Shown piece after piece: positions 49,845 through 63,019 of a stretch of DNA of 64,000 nucleotides. The stretch comes from Podarcis filfolensis (Eukaryota): the NCBI GenBank assembly GCA_964270895.1, contig OZ185442.1, one strand, 5' to 3'. The notes under the pieces are model-generated. The model made no database searches. It saw only the letters and a list, made by a program, of their open reading frames with translations, and was not told where the DNA came from. Within the stretch, counting starts at the first letter, position 1; each line of letters starts with the position of its first letter. The position numbers and the translations under genes are program-made.

Positions 49845-52800
49845 TGCTTTCGAAAACACTGGCAAGGAAGCAAGTTTGTAACCAAAAACAACAGCAGCAG
49901 CAGCAACACCACCAATTGGCGTCAGTTCCACTCCCTTCAAGAATCAAAGAATCCTTCGGATCAAGGCATTCAAAACTGCAATGTGAAGACTGGCAGGAAG
50001 AGGAACCTCTCCTCCCTCAACCAACACAGTTTGCAGTTGGAGACAGAAGGGCTGTTTATTTGCAGTTGGATCCACAAAACCCAACAGGTGTGATCCATTT
50101 TAAACACACACACAACTGAGATGTATATGGAGATATCAAAAACTATGAGACACATTAGTCTGTACTTGAAGTCTTGAAATCAGATATAACTGTAATGGGT
50201 GTAAGTTTGGAACAGAATACCTATGGGACTTCCAAGGCCTACATAATTATAGTTTGAAAAGACAGCGGTTTCTTTCCATTTTTGCACTACTAGTTTACAC
50301 CAATTGTTGAAAGGAATTACACACACCGGCAGCATAGTTTGACACAAAGGGCAAGATTGCACAGATCCTTTGGTTCTCATTTATTTTATTGAAACATGGG
50401 CCATATATGGGTAGTTGGAAGTGAGGGATGTTATAGTCACTGTTTTATAAACAAAGGGTACATCTTCTTTTGGAGAGCAGGACTTGGATTTTGAATCATT
50501 TTATTTTATGTAGCAACCCACATTAGTGAACATATTCTCAAATACTTGTATTGAGACTACAACCTTACCCTATTTAATTTAAAATAGCAAATATGCATGG
50601 CACAATAATATGATTCCACTAAATGCAATGAGTCTAGCTAGAGAGTACATCTGTTTCCACCGGGTCTTGGAAGAGCTGCTTAGTTGACCTTACTTGAAAA
50701 GACACTTCCAGATTGATAGATGGGGGCACTTTTAGTAATGGAGCGTCATTTTGGTAAACATTCCATTCTTTATTTTTATTTTTAAGAGGGGTTGAATTAT
50801 CACTTGAACAGCACAATAACTTTTGTCAATTCCAATTCTGTTTTTATGTAATATTTGTAAACAATATATTGGGTTTTTTATTGTTTAATATTTCTCTGTT
50901 CAGAATGTTAGTGCAAGGTATATAAAAAGGTAGAATGCTAGTGGGCTCCTGAAGGACAAGGAAAAGTATATTTTTCTACTAAGTAATTGAGTTCACCTAG
51001 ATTTCTTACATGCCTTTGACTTGTGCCAAATGATGGGAGAGAGAGAGAAATAGTAAAATTAACTAATCTATGCTCTTAATGTGGGACTCTTTATTTATGG
51101 TAAGTCATGAATTGCAGCTTGCTGGTTGATGGGAGCTGCTGCCATAAAGCATTTTCTGAAAACTTTATAGCCTGTTGCTCATGTTCCAGTTTTAGCAACA
51201 CAGATCTAGTTGCATGAAGGTGTGGATGCTTCTGTGGAGTCTGGAAGCAGGAGAAAAGCAATGCATTCTGGGTCATCCTAAGCCTCCACTGTAAACAAGT
51301 TCCCTTGTATGCAATTGTGAAAAATTATCAAGTTTGATATGAGCATTGTAGAGGGGGCAGGGAGCAACGTGCATTGGTTTTTTCAAAAATCAGTGCCTAA
51401 TGCTTTATAGCACCCAGAGACACGGGGAATGGTGTCTTCCCTGCTTTATCCCAAAGAAAGAGGCATTTGGCCACAGCTGTAAACAATTAGTGCACCAGTG
51501 TCAATGTGCACTAATTATAGTGTCTTTAATACAATTACAATGGACAAATAATTGCTCTCTACAACTCAGGTTTCTTTATGGAAAGATTTTAATATGTTTC
51601 AAAGCTCTTATTATATATGTTCCACTTCCACAGTGAAGAAGAGGGTCAAACCCCTCCTCCTTTTACAGTCTGCCTTACATGGGATGTTGGTACAGTAGAC
51701 ATACAAAAACCATTTCATTTTGCATTCAACAAAAAGGCACAACCAGAAGTCACAATGGCACCATGATGGCCAGGGGAATTAGGCAGCTGTTTCAATAACT
51801 GCCTGAGAAAAGGAGGCAGTTTGGATAAGAACAAATCTGTTTTGTCTGCTACGAACCTTTAGCCTGTGAGATGACAGGAATTGCAGTTTGGCGACATCTG
51901 GTGAGCCAAAGGTTCACCACCTGGTCTACACAGTTCTGAGTTGCAATGATATTTAAGAGAGAATCCAGCTGCTGTTAAACCTTTAAATAATTTTAATACG
52001 AAAGATTTAAGCACATGCTTAAGTCTTCTGTTGAAATGAAAAGGGCTTTAAAGATCCTGACTTTGGTTGCATCACTCTCAATCACTCATGCTATTAGCAA
52101 ATGTATGGCAGGGGTGGGGAAAGACATCTCTTGAGAGAAATATCTCCCAAGCACACGTTATTTCAAGCTTCATAGCGTGCCAACCAAGATTTATCTAATT
52201 TTCAATCCAACAGATCATCCACCAAGATACTGTATCATGGAACCATATTCTGATCAACAACCAACCCCTCTGGCTTTGGTTCAGTGAAACTGCAAGTGTT
52301 CCAGTACCCAAGCGGACATGACATGTAACTCACACATTACATCATGATCCTTTAACATTTAAATCAGTAGTTTTCAACATTTGGGGACCAACACATGTAT
52401 TTGGGGACCAGTTTCTTAATTTTCTAACCTATCTGTACAGTGGTGGTGCTCCTGTTGCAATCTACCTTAGATCAGGCCCCAACTGAAGACCAATGCTTCA
52501 AAACCACACTAACCGGGATTTGCTGTCCATTAGGATGCTGAAACGGCTTTAAAAACCCTAACAGCAAATTCTAGTTACCATCCTCGGGAGAAAGGGGAGC
52601 TTGAACATGGATGGGGAAATTCCATGGCTGTTCCAAATCCTTCAACCGTGGTTAAAGGATCATGAATGTCATGTTTATACAGCAGCCTCTGTATAAACAC
52701 TGAATCTTACATATTCAAATCAAAATCTTGTATCCTGTGAACTATTTAGCCTGCACATGCAACTCTACTAACTTTGACAAAACCAGCAGGCTGCTTGCAA

Positions 52801-52992
52801 TGCAGCTTTTCTCATTCCCTGCTGGGTTACTATGCATCCTGTTGTCACTGAAGTACGATGAGCATGTTGCCCACGGGTGCCAGTGGCATAGCAGTGTCCA
52901 AAGGAAAAATGAAGTCCCAAGTGATGGGGAGTGAACCACAACTTCTCAGGCCTCTGCTATAAAAACGGTCTAAGAAAACCATTTCACTTAAT

Positions 52993-52998
52993 TTTATT
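52993..52998 (-). terminator. Candidate PDCD5 polyadenylation signal (AATAAA)
   Basis: tttatt on the + strand, about 135 nt past the PDCD5 stop codon. Confidence 0.6.
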
Positions 52999-53131
52999 AT
53001 ACAGAACACAATATCATCCCTTTATATAAAAAAAATGTGTACAGGAAAAAAAAAGTGTAAACTTTTCATCTATGCTTCTGCCAGGCACAGCACATTTCCT
53101 TGACATACGCCAGATGATACGCCTTTCACAA

Positions 53132-53173
53132 TTAATCTTCCTCATCAGAATCCAAAACTTTCCTTCTGTTGAA
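53132..53173 (-). CDS. PDCD5: PDCD5 coding exon 6 (stop)
   Basis: ccctag|[16 protein letters not shown]. Confidence 0.96.
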   Translation of the reverse strand, partial: FNRRKVLDSDEED

Positions 53174-56100
53174 CTAGGGGAGAAAACACAGTGTAGGTGA
53201 AAATAACTTTGAGGCCAAGTTTAATAATCAAGAATTCCCTGTTTGTGTTATGAGAACAAGAGCAAGCAGAGAGCTGCGTGAAGCAAGGAAGCTCCCAGGT
53301 TTTTTGCCAGCTGCATATTTCGCACCTGCCCAGCCTAAAAGTCAATACCCAAGTATTTGTTCATTGCCTTGCTGTATTGCTATATGTATTTTCAAGATGC
53401 ATTGAAGCAAATCTATTACAATAGTATAGTCTTTATATCAAGGGATAATAGGGGCCAGCTTGTAGGCTACATCCTCCCACCAAACTGCAGGAAGTGGCCC
53501 CAGCAGCTTTATCTCCTGGACTGATTAAAGCATGCTCTAAAGAACAAACTGGAGGATATTTTGTCTCTCATCTTAGAGCGAAGCACTACAGCACTAAGCT
53601 CGGAGATGAAGTCAGCTGCCTACTCTTTCCAAGAGTTCAAGGCTGCATTTCTGGCCACTCCCACCCCACCAAACTGTAAGCAGTAGCCATATACAGATTT
53701 TCTGCTCTGTATAAGCTGTCAGCTTCATACAGGAAGAAGCATGCAGATGTAGTAAACCTTTAACAAAGAATACTGGCTATGCTGTGATCCTGCGACCACT
53801 CTACCATTGGCGAACAGGCTCCAGTTTTTAAGATGCCCTACCTTTACTGTTGTTTTCTTGTCAGTTTGCTGACTCACTTTTTCAAGTATTTCTATCAACC
53901 CTTGTTCAGTTACCTAGGAAGTAAAAAAACAATCTCATGTAGCAGATACTCATTTGGTGAGAATGGCACATTTCCTCCTCGCCTCCCTCTGGGGGCAAAA
54001 GGACACACCCTATACAAGCAACTTAAACACTACACACAGATAACACTTTCATCCAGGGCATCGTCACAGTGGAAGGACAAAACCAAACAGCAAAGACCAC
54101 CACCACAGCATCATTAACAGGTCATCTGCTATCCCCCATGTCACATAAAACGATTCATCAACTTTTTATATAAAATAAAAAAGTGATTTGGAAACAAGTG
54201 TGAAGAGGCTAGAGAATTATCCTATAATAGTACAACTTTTCAAAGCTTATAAATCAATGTTTTGCAGGATGTGTAAGAATTATCTTGCCCAGTGAGACAG
54301 AGATCCATCTAATTTGGCATTCTGTTTTCAGGCAACAGCAAACTCAGTCCAGCAGAATAACCAGTGTTTGCTTTCTACTAACAGATCACAAGGTGAAGCC
54401 ATGGTTGTTTGTAGCCTTCCTAACCACGGCTTGTTATCACTGTGGTTTAGCATGATATCCAAACCCTTGCTTGACCATCATTTTGTCGGGCAACAAAGAC
54501 ACAAAGCAGGAACGGGTGGAAAACAAGCCAAATGTCAGAGAAACAAGCAGCAACTTGTTTGCTAGTCTGTGAGGCAATTCATGGTGTGTTCAATAAACTG
54601 GTTAAATTGAAACCATGGCTTTATGTGATGCACAAAGCCTGCCTGCCTTTGAACATTTATTTATAAATCTGTATTTCATTAAAGTTATTTCCTATATTTG
54701 ATTCATCACTTACCTTCCCACCTAACTGTCCAAACCTGCCCATCTGTATGAGGTAATTCTCCACCGCTTTTGCCTTTTCTGGTTTCACAAGCGCTAGATT
54801 ACTTACTGAAAAAGGAAAACAGATATTTTGCAATTTATTTTTTTTAAAAAACACCAGATTACTAAAGTCAGGCAAGACTTATTATTCACAGTACTGCAAA
54901 AGGCCTTGAACTGTTATTTTAAGATGGATTACTGATCTATGCCTGGTCTTATGAAAAAGGAAAACTGTATTTTAAGGAACTCGGTATACTGCTTTGTTCA
55001 AACATGGCTTATTAGGATCTTTACATTTCCCTCCTGCTTTCTGATTGTTCCATTCCACTCAACTTTTAGACTGGGGGAAAAGTCCAAAGTAATGCCTTCA
55101 GACTGCAGTGCTTCAGGGTCCAGGAGCAACTGACAAGAGCTGCAGATATGTGCAAAGGGGAACAGTCAATCATCCTCTTCAGGTCAACTCCAGTCCATAG
55201 TCCTAGCTTAGCACCCACCAATACATTTAGGAATACCACTACAGTATTCTGCAGAAGCAGCTTTTAACTCAGCAGTCCTCACTAATGACAATTCTAGAAT
55301 AATTAACCATATATCAACAATAAGTTCAGAAAGTAGTATCCAGTGGAGTCTCCTCCTTAGAACACAAAAAGCAAATGTAGTGAGAATTGAAACCTACTCT
55401 CCACATTAGTGTGCCTAGCACTGGACCCAAAACACTCTATTATCTTCCTTTAGTAAAGTTAAGTATGTGCAATCTAAGTAAGATGGACTCAGAGAAAGGT
55501 TTTAGAAGTTGGTCAGATACACCATGGATACTTACATCTGGCACGAGCTGCTTGATCTAAAAGCTGAGCCAAAATGTTATTCCTCATTTCTGATTCTCTG
55601 TAATATAAAAATTATGCAGATAAATTACAGCTTCAGAACATGTGCAGTGCATTGCAAGTGAAACACACTGACCATTTTGTACAACAGCAAGTTTCATATT
55701 TAGACATTGCTAGTACTCCTTTATATTTAAGCCATTTAAACTATTATCCTTATGGAATTTACTGTGGAATTTGAGCACAAATTCATTTATTATTATCTGG
55801 GAAAGAGAATCCAACTATGGAAACTTGAAACACATTCATGGCTCAGTACCAAACCCCTACAAAGGTTAAACTCTCACTCGTTTAACAGTGGGCTCTTGAT
55901 GCAGGAAGATTACACACCCATTTAGAAGAGTATGTGCATTGTAAAGATCTAATAAAGACAAAAAGGATAGCAACCTTATTTAAGGAGAATGACAAAAAGG
56001 GGGAAAACTCTACTGGTCTCAGTGTTCTGTGTCTCTTCTGTTTCTGCCTCTAAATCACACTTAATTTAGTAATAAATGCAAACATGGCAGCCCATACCTC

Positions 56101-58329
56101 TGTTGCTGTTTATTTGTTTCACCTTCATTTTTCCTATAAATTTATTTTTATTATTATAAGTTAATTTTATCCCAACATCACGCCTGCAGAGACATGAATC
56201 TGGATGACTCCCAGTAGATGTATCTCACAACATGCTTCCAGTCATGTGGTAATACTGATTACAGGATACAATCATACTAGCAAAAAAAACCCCTAAGATG
56301 TGAAGGGGTGCCTTCTTCCCGCTACTGTGCACGATGTAATAAAGGGATATCAGTCTACCAAAAAGGTGGCTTTTGTTTTCATCCCCTCTGTTACCTCTGT
56401 TTTGCTTCTTGCTGTGCGATGTCACTGGAAGGATCCTGAAATGTTAGAAATAAGAACCAGTTTAGTAGTAAAGCATAGCACCACTGAAGAAGTACAAACA
56501 AACAAACGCTAAAGTACACATATAAGGCCAGGACTGTTCTCATACAGAAAAACTCATAAATGCACAGCTATTACTGCTCCCAGGTAGGGAGAAGGCACTA
56601 GATCCTAAAAGATGAGAGTCAACTTTTGAAGGTGTTGAAGTACACAACCTTCAGGTAATACAGAATCTACCAATCAAGATGGGAAAGTACCGTATTTTTC
56701 GCTCTATTAGACGCACCGGACCATAGGAGGGGGAGAATAGGAAAAAAAACCCTCCCGCCGGGCTTGTGGAGAGCTGCCTGAAGCCCGGGGTGCACAGCGC
56801 CATGCTCCCCGGGCTTCGGGCTGCAGGCAGCTATCCGCAAGCCTGCGGAGCCCAGCGGGAGTTCCCGCTGGGCTCCGCAGGCTTGCGGATAGCTTCCTGA
56901 ATCCTGGAACGCAAGAGGGGTCGGTGCACACCGACCCCTCTCGCCCTCCAGGCTTCAGCGAAAGCTTGCATTCGCTCCATAGGACGCGCACACACTTTCC
57001 CCCTTCATTTTTGGAGGGGAAAAAGTGCGTCCTATAGAGCGAAAAATACGGTAGCTATTCTTCAGCCCCACAGATGGACAAGTTACTTAATACATGCCTG
57101 CAAACTGTGGTAAGAATTGCCTGTAGGTCACCAGGCAAGAAAACTTCACAGAAGTTTCTTTTTTTCCTTTGATGCCACAAATGGGCATATAATAACAGGT
57201 GAGCTGGCAAAAAAGATGTGTACCAGTAATGTTTTTGCAAAGGCTGGCTCTAAATTCCTAGTCAATGGCTAGATTTGACAGGCCCACCTTAGTGGATGAC
57301 TGATAAGTGCTTTCTACACAAGCCCCTTCTCCAGGTTGGCAGCTGGGTGTGGGGCAGTGGAGCAAAGTCATTTAAGAACCTTCCAAGAGCTGCATTTGGT
57401 GCTGGGACTGACAATCACTGAGCCCTATTTCCAGACAGTGGCCGAATCATAGAACCCCTGCTCCCTCCCATTCAGAGCCAGGGTGGCATAACCAATGTCA
57501 GAATACAACCATGGAGACACAGGTTCAAATCCCCACTCAGCTATGACATTAGCTGGGCCACCTTGGGCCTAACTTACCTCTCCCATGGTGGTTACACGGA
57601 TAAATATGGGGTTTTTTTGGGGGGTGGGGGGACTTAGGGTTGACAACAATCATGCACAAAAGCCCATGTAGGGTAAACGCAAAAAACCCAAACCAGACAG
57701 CACCATCAGTCCTTGTTTTCTCTCTTTCAACTGGTTAACTTCATTCATTTTTTTTTAAAGGGAGATGTTTGTGTTAATATTGGGTGTAAGCTGCTTTGGG
57801 GTTTTTTTGCTGAAAAAAAGAAGTGGAAACCCTGAAAATAAAGAGATACGCTGCCACCCCTGTATATACACTTTCGTGGGCGCCAAGCCCCATTGAACTC
57901 AATGGGTTTCCTTAGTGAGTAGGTATGTAGCACTGGAAATAATCCCAACACGTACGTGTGTGTGTGTGTGTGTGTGTGTATACAGACGTGCATAATACAC
58001 AAAACACGGGTCTCTTCCTCTGACTTCTCCCAGAGTGGTCTCTGCGCCCCTCCCGCCTTGCCTCCCACGCCTGAGGCGGCCCTGAGCCCGCAGTGAGGAC
58101 TAGCGCCATGCAATTAAAACCGAAGGCCCAGGCCCGCCCTTCCTCTGGCCGGCCGGCTAGAGGGGCCTCGCCTGTGGGCCAGGACACCGGGCGAAGCGCC
58201 GAAGGCGACGCCCGCCCGCGTGTGAGGGGACGGTCCAGGCCCGGCGCCCTCCGCTCCGCTCACCCCGTGCTTGGCTTGCAGCTCGGCCATCCTCTGCTTG
58301 CGCAGCGCCTCCAGCTCCTCGTCCGCCAT
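53132..58329 (-). CDS. PDCD5: PDCD5 (programmed cell death 5), spliced CDS of 6 exons, 124 aa
   Basis: [124 protein letters not shown]; all GT-AG, 375 nt. Confidence 0.97.
53842..53913 (-). CDS. PDCD5: PDCD5 coding exon 5
   Basis: cctag|[24 protein letters not shown]|gtaggg. Confidence 0.96.
54714..54805 (-). CDS. PDCD5: PDCD5 coding exon 4
   Basis: tttcag|[30 protein letters not shown]|gtaagt. Confidence 0.96.
55536..55597 (-). CDS. PDCD5: PDCD5 coding exon 3
   Basis: ttacag|[20 protein letters not shown]|gtaagt. Confidence 0.96.
56395..56435 (-). CDS. PDCD5: PDCD5 coding exon 2
   Basis: tttcag|[13 protein letters not shown](R)|gtaaca. Confidence 0.94.
56690..57051. mobile_element. Young TcMar-Tc2-like MITE in PDCD5 intron 1
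   Basis: 27-bp TIRs matching at 25/27 (ccgtatttttcgctctat..gacgcac), TA flanks, GC-rich palindromic interior. Confidence 0.85.
57956..57978. repeat. (TG)n microsatellite in PDCD5 intron 1
   Basis: Directly visible in the sequence. Confidence 0.9.
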
Positions 58330-58560
58330 GGCTAGAGACGAGACGTCGGTGACGCGCGACGTGGGCGGGGCCGCTTCTCTCTTCAATCTCTCCGGTTCGC
58401 GTTAGTGCGCCGGCGCAAGAGCAGGCGAGGCCAACGCAATCACGCACCGAGAGGAGGAATTATAGCACAGGCAGCGGAAGCCGAGCGCCGAACAGACCAA
58501 AGGAAGAGCCATCAATAGAATCAGACCACGAGGGTTTTCACGAGGAATCTTTCGCCCACG
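57990..58560 (-). promoter_or_regulatory. PDCD5 CpG-island promoter
   Basis: CpG-rich region spanning PDCD5 exon 1; GC box gggcgggg at 58363-58370; CRE-like tgacgc and ETS-like cggaag upstream. Confidence 0.8.
58264..58329 (-). CDS. PDCD5: PDCD5 coding exon 1
   Basis: [22 protein letters not shown]|gtgagc. Confidence 0.97.
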
Positions 58561-58600
58561 ACCCTGAGAGTAAGGGTCTCGCGCTCTACCAGCTGAGCTT
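58543..58600 (-). mobile_element. Internally deleted tRNA-Lys-derived SINE head upstream of PDCD5
   Basis: Minus strand reads agctcagctggtagagcgcgagacccttactctcagggtcgtgggcgaaagattcc; T-arm/B-box missing relative to the 40845 copy. Confidence 0.65.
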
Positions 58601-59278
58601 AAGAGAGAGAGAGAAAGTTGGTGAGCAAACGATCAATGCTCGCCTACTCAGAAGTTATCGTAAGCGCCCACTGGGTCCAATAAGATGTAGCTTCTCCAAT
58701 ACTGTCATGAAATTCTGCTCAATATTGATCCAGAGCAGAACTCCGACGTATAGTTAGCAGAGTAAAAAATTAAACACGTTGCAAGATTCTCCCAAAACAG
58801 ACCATAGGCAATTAATATTTCACCCAGCAGAACTTTACTGCTACTGAAGGCAAATAAGTTTAATGATCACAAATCCAATACAATACACTGTCCATAAGAA
58901 ATCCAGGTGCAGCAGACTTGACTTTAATTTACAGTAACTTCTTATAAGTCTAAACCTTAACAACTAAGCATACTATGTATAGAACACCACACCAAAAGGA
59001 AAGAAAGGCAGAAAGAGAAAAGTGAAACCCAGGCTCCTCCTGGCCTATTATTATAGTCAGCATGACCTTGACAGAAAGAGATAAGAGAACCAGTTTAAGC
59101 CAACTGTACTCAGCTTCTCTGAAGGTATAACCCAAACATCATGAACCTTCTGTTTGTTTCTTTTACACACAGAAACTTCCAGAACCCTCTTGAATTAATT
59201 AGAATAGGGGAGACCCCTACACATCAGATCAATACTTTCTGTACAAAGAAATGCAAACTGACATATACATGTCGTAAA

Positions 59279-59410
59279 ATCATAGAATCGAAGAGTTAGC
59301 TGGGACCCCTAAGGGTCATTTAGTCTACCCCCCTGCAGGAACCACCAGCTCAATAATCCCTGGCAGATGGGCATACAACCTCTTGCTTAAAAACCTCCAG
59401 TGAAGGAAGG
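59279..59410 (-). mobile_element. CR1 LINE 3' end
   Basis: atcatagaatc...gggacccctaagggtcatttagtct...caacctcttgcttaaaaacctccagtgaagga. Confidence 0.7.
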
Positions 59411-61796
59411 AGGGAAATCCCGAGAGCTTGAGTTGCAACGGCGGGGGGATGTAGAGAAAATGTATAAACATATGTAAGTTTTAAACAAATTTGTGTCCTA
59501 TTATTAGCTCTCCTTTTTATTGACAAACTTCCTCTTTTTTTGGAGCTGTGCAAGCACACACACACCATGTGTAGTTAAGGCCTTAAGACTGATAGGACAA
59601 GCACATTTCTTGTTGGAGGCCTTTTGCCTTTGAATGTCAGTTGTTGGGGATCCAGAAAGAGGGGAAGAGTGCTCTTGCGCTCGGGTCCTGCTTGTGGGCT
59701 TTCCATAGTGGGCGTCTGATTGGCCACTATGAGGAGAGGATGCTGGACTAGTTGAGCTCCCTTCAGCCAAATGCAGTTTCAGGTTTTTTCTTATGTTCAT
59801 TCATTGCTGCTAAGGATTCAGCGTTTCCCATACAGTACTTGGCCTGATCTAACTTCAGGGCTCTTTTTGTGTGGATGGGTGGATAAACAAGAGCACAATC
59901 TTATTCCCAGCAGAGGGAGCCCTCGCTCTACCAAAATCATTATTTTGCTGTCTGGTACTGGCAGGAGCAAAGGCAAGAGCCGGGAGTTTTCTGCTGCACA
60001 GCAGTTCTGTCCTCCCAGATGAAGCTTTAATCTGTAGCGTACATCTTTGCTGCTGTAAATTCATGCTCCATTATGCCACCATATGCTTTGATTCTCCTTG
60101 AAAATGCCGCAGTAATCTGAGTGTTTCGTTCCAGAATTGTGGCTCAGCGTGTCTTCCTTGGCATTTCGGTTTTTTTCTTCTTTCTTACAGACTTTATTTC
60201 TTTATTTAAAAGATTGCATCTAAACAAGTTTGACTTGAGTGAGCCTATTAGCTGGGAGCCTCTGAAGGACATCACTTTTAATGTCACAAGAAGGTCAACA
60301 CCAATGAAGAACTGCGAGATGGATTTTGGGAGACAGATGTCACAGGAGAAGAGCCCCTGCTGGATCAGACCGACAATCCATCTTCTCCAGCAGTCTCTTT
60401 CCCAGCCATGGCTGGCAGATGCCTCCAGGAAGCATCAAACAAACAGGACACAGACTCAGCAGCCCTTCAGCAATGGCTGAAGGGCTCAGAAAAAAGGCTA
60501 CTTCCTGCCTGAACTCTGAAGCCTAGAGAGCTGCATCCAGTCTGTATACAGACAATACGTAACTTGATGAACTCAGCACAAAGCAGCTTTCAGACTTACC
60601 CTATGATGCTCCCAGTTTTTGACATTCAGAGGTATAGTGGTCCTGGAAATGGAGGGTCCATATAACTATCTTGGCCAACACCTTGACAGGCTTCCTCATT
60701 CATCATATCCAGTATCAGCATATTCATATACCATTTAATATGCAAAATCCCTAACCAGTTTACATAAAACACAGTAAGATAATTTGAAGAAGAAAAGTGT
60801 ACATACAACATTTAAAACCAAACAACAACAACAAAATACATCAGTACAAACAGAGGAGTCATCAATAAAACATACAGTTAAATATCAATAAATAATAAAA
60901 CAGAACGTGATGGATTTCATGAGCCGGGAATGACTGCTTAAGTAGATGGGACTTTAAAGCTTGTCACTGTTTCTGCCTTATGAACTGCACATGACCACTG
61001 GCCATGTTGACTGGGGCAGAGGCGAGCCTAGCAATAGCTGGGCTTCCCATCCCTGCTTTAAAAGATAAACCCAGCAACAGGATTTTGGGGGTTCTCAGAC
61101 AAGGCTTCCTCTATGGACCCTTGGAAGTGATCCAATATGCACATTTCTGGGGATTGGGAGAGGGGAGGCTCAGCTGTGTTTGAGGGGACAGTGCACAGTT
61201 AACCCACTGTGCTTGAATGCAGCACACTGAGTATTGGATGAGTGTCTGAGTATCTTCTCTCAAGTTCCCATGTGCTACCAGTCCTGAGAGCTCTGCACTG
61301 CTAGCCAGTGAGCCACCAGGCCCAATTCAAGGTGTTATCACTTGTGGACCCACAAACTTAACTGCTTGGGACCCAAGAACTTAAAAGAGTGCCTCCCCCA
61401 GTATCAACCATCTCAGGCCCTACAACTAGCAGATTGACTCTGGGTGCTGACCCACAACTGGGACTTCTCGGTGGTGGCTCCCCTTTTGAGAAGCGCCTTC
61501 CCCAGTGAGGTGTGTGTGGCCCCCTCTTTACTCACCTTCAGAAGGAATTTAAAAACGTCACACCCCGGCATTGAGTGACTGAAAGATGCTGCTCCCCATC
61601 ATCTAGAAATTATCAGCTGTAAGAATATGTGACTGTTTTGTGTGCTTAAGATGTTCTCAATGATTTCAGGTGTCTTTAACTGTTTTTGAAAGTTTCACAT
61701 AAGCTGTTGCTTTACCTTTAGTTATATTGTTTTGTGTTTTTAGCTCTGGGCTGCTCTGAGAGGAAGGGCAGGATAGAAAACTAATATTGACCACGG

Positions 61797-61819
61797 TGAT
61801 GATGATGATGATATTATTA

Positions 61820-61854
<35 letters not shown>

Positions 61855-61870
61855 AACAACAACAACAACA
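61797..61870. repeat. Compound (GAT)n(ATT)n(AAC)n trinucleotide repeat
   Basis: gatgatgat...attattatt...aacaacaac; source of the poly-L and poly-N ORFs in the track. Confidence 0.9.
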
Positions 61871-62686
61871 GAGATAGAGATATGCCTTGACAAGCTAGAT
61901 TCAGACAACTGGGATCCCTGCAGCAACCAATTACAAGCTCACCATATGCCTCCTGCAACTGTACAAAATGCTGGTCATCTGTGGCCTCCGACCTTGCCGC
62001 TAAGCCCAGCATTACCACCTCTCAACAGATGCTTGGAAATCTGGAGTAGGGGGGAGCAAAGAGGTGGCCAGGCCGGACTTAATCATGCATTCAGAGGCTG
62101 GGGATCAACGCCTCCCCATGCTATTACAGACACCATGCAGTGCGTGCTCTTAAGTGGCTCTGGTATGACTCCTGATCATCTCCCAAAGCATCCATGGCAG
62201 ACAGGATGCAGGATATGGGGCTATGGACAGAAACAGAGAAAGGGATGCACACAACCAATGCTTTCTGCTGCTTCCCAGATAAGTGTGTGCTGCTGAATTG
62301 CTCTTGCTTGCAAACACCCAGACAGAATTACAGATTTAGAGCAGCCGCTTCATCTTTGAATGAAAGCCAAGCTGCTTTATCCCATAGTTTAGCTCCTTCT
62401 CCGTCACCGTAGGAGTGCTCATCAAGAGCAGCTTGTGTTTAATATCTTGGAAACACATGTGGGTCAGCGAGACATATGTACCGAGCGTCGCCAGCACATA
62501 TATGGGAGCTGTCAACCATCAAGGATTCAAGTTAATCATCATAGTGTTCAGCATTTATACAGCATTTTTCCTCCTCTCATTTTTATTTCCTATTCAAAGC
62601 ACTTTGCCTCAGTACTTTTTAGTCATCCTTGCTGCAACAGCTCTGGAAGGATGAGCTAAACATACTGTTATGGATTTGTGGGTTCT

Positions 62687-62779
62687 GTTGTTGTTTAGTC
62701 GTTTAGTCGTGTCCGACTCTTCGTGACCCCATGGACCAAAGCACGCCAGGCACTTCTGTCTTCCACTGCCTCCCGCAGT
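62687..62779 (-). mobile_element. BovB 3' terminal fragment
   Basis: gttgtttagtcgtttagtcgtgtccgactcttcgtgaccccatggacc is the reverse complement of the BovB end seen at ~37700. Confidence 0.85.
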
Positions 62780-63019
62780 GGGTTCTAGACACGCCTAAAT
62801 TCTTGGACCCAGTAACAAGAAGCTTTGGGGGTGCTGATGCTGTGAACCCCTTCATTGTAGGCTCAGGTTGTATATATGTGGAAATAAACCATATCAATCT
62901 GTTGTCCCTCATATCCAATAGGAAACACAGACCCTGGGTAAGTGCCTGGAACACCTGGAATCTTGCACCACTCAAGAGATTCAGGTGGCGTGCAATAATA
63001 CAACCTCACTTGTATTTTA

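Noticed and set aside
49845-52990. ANKRD27 polyadenylation site or overlap of 3' UTRs with PDCD5
   Set aside because: I did not find a clear + strand AATAAA by eye, so the 3' end cannot be assigned without transcript data.
60121-60480. 119-aa + strand ORF with a strong internal splice acceptor, considered as an exon of an unknown gene
   Set aside because: Its 3' half is CR1 3'-UTR sequence (agaagagcccctgctggatcagacc...), I recognise no protein family, and I found no partner exons.
61787-62296. 169-aa ORF with poly-Leu and poly-Thr runs
   Set aside because: The runs come from the compound trinucleotide microsatellite.
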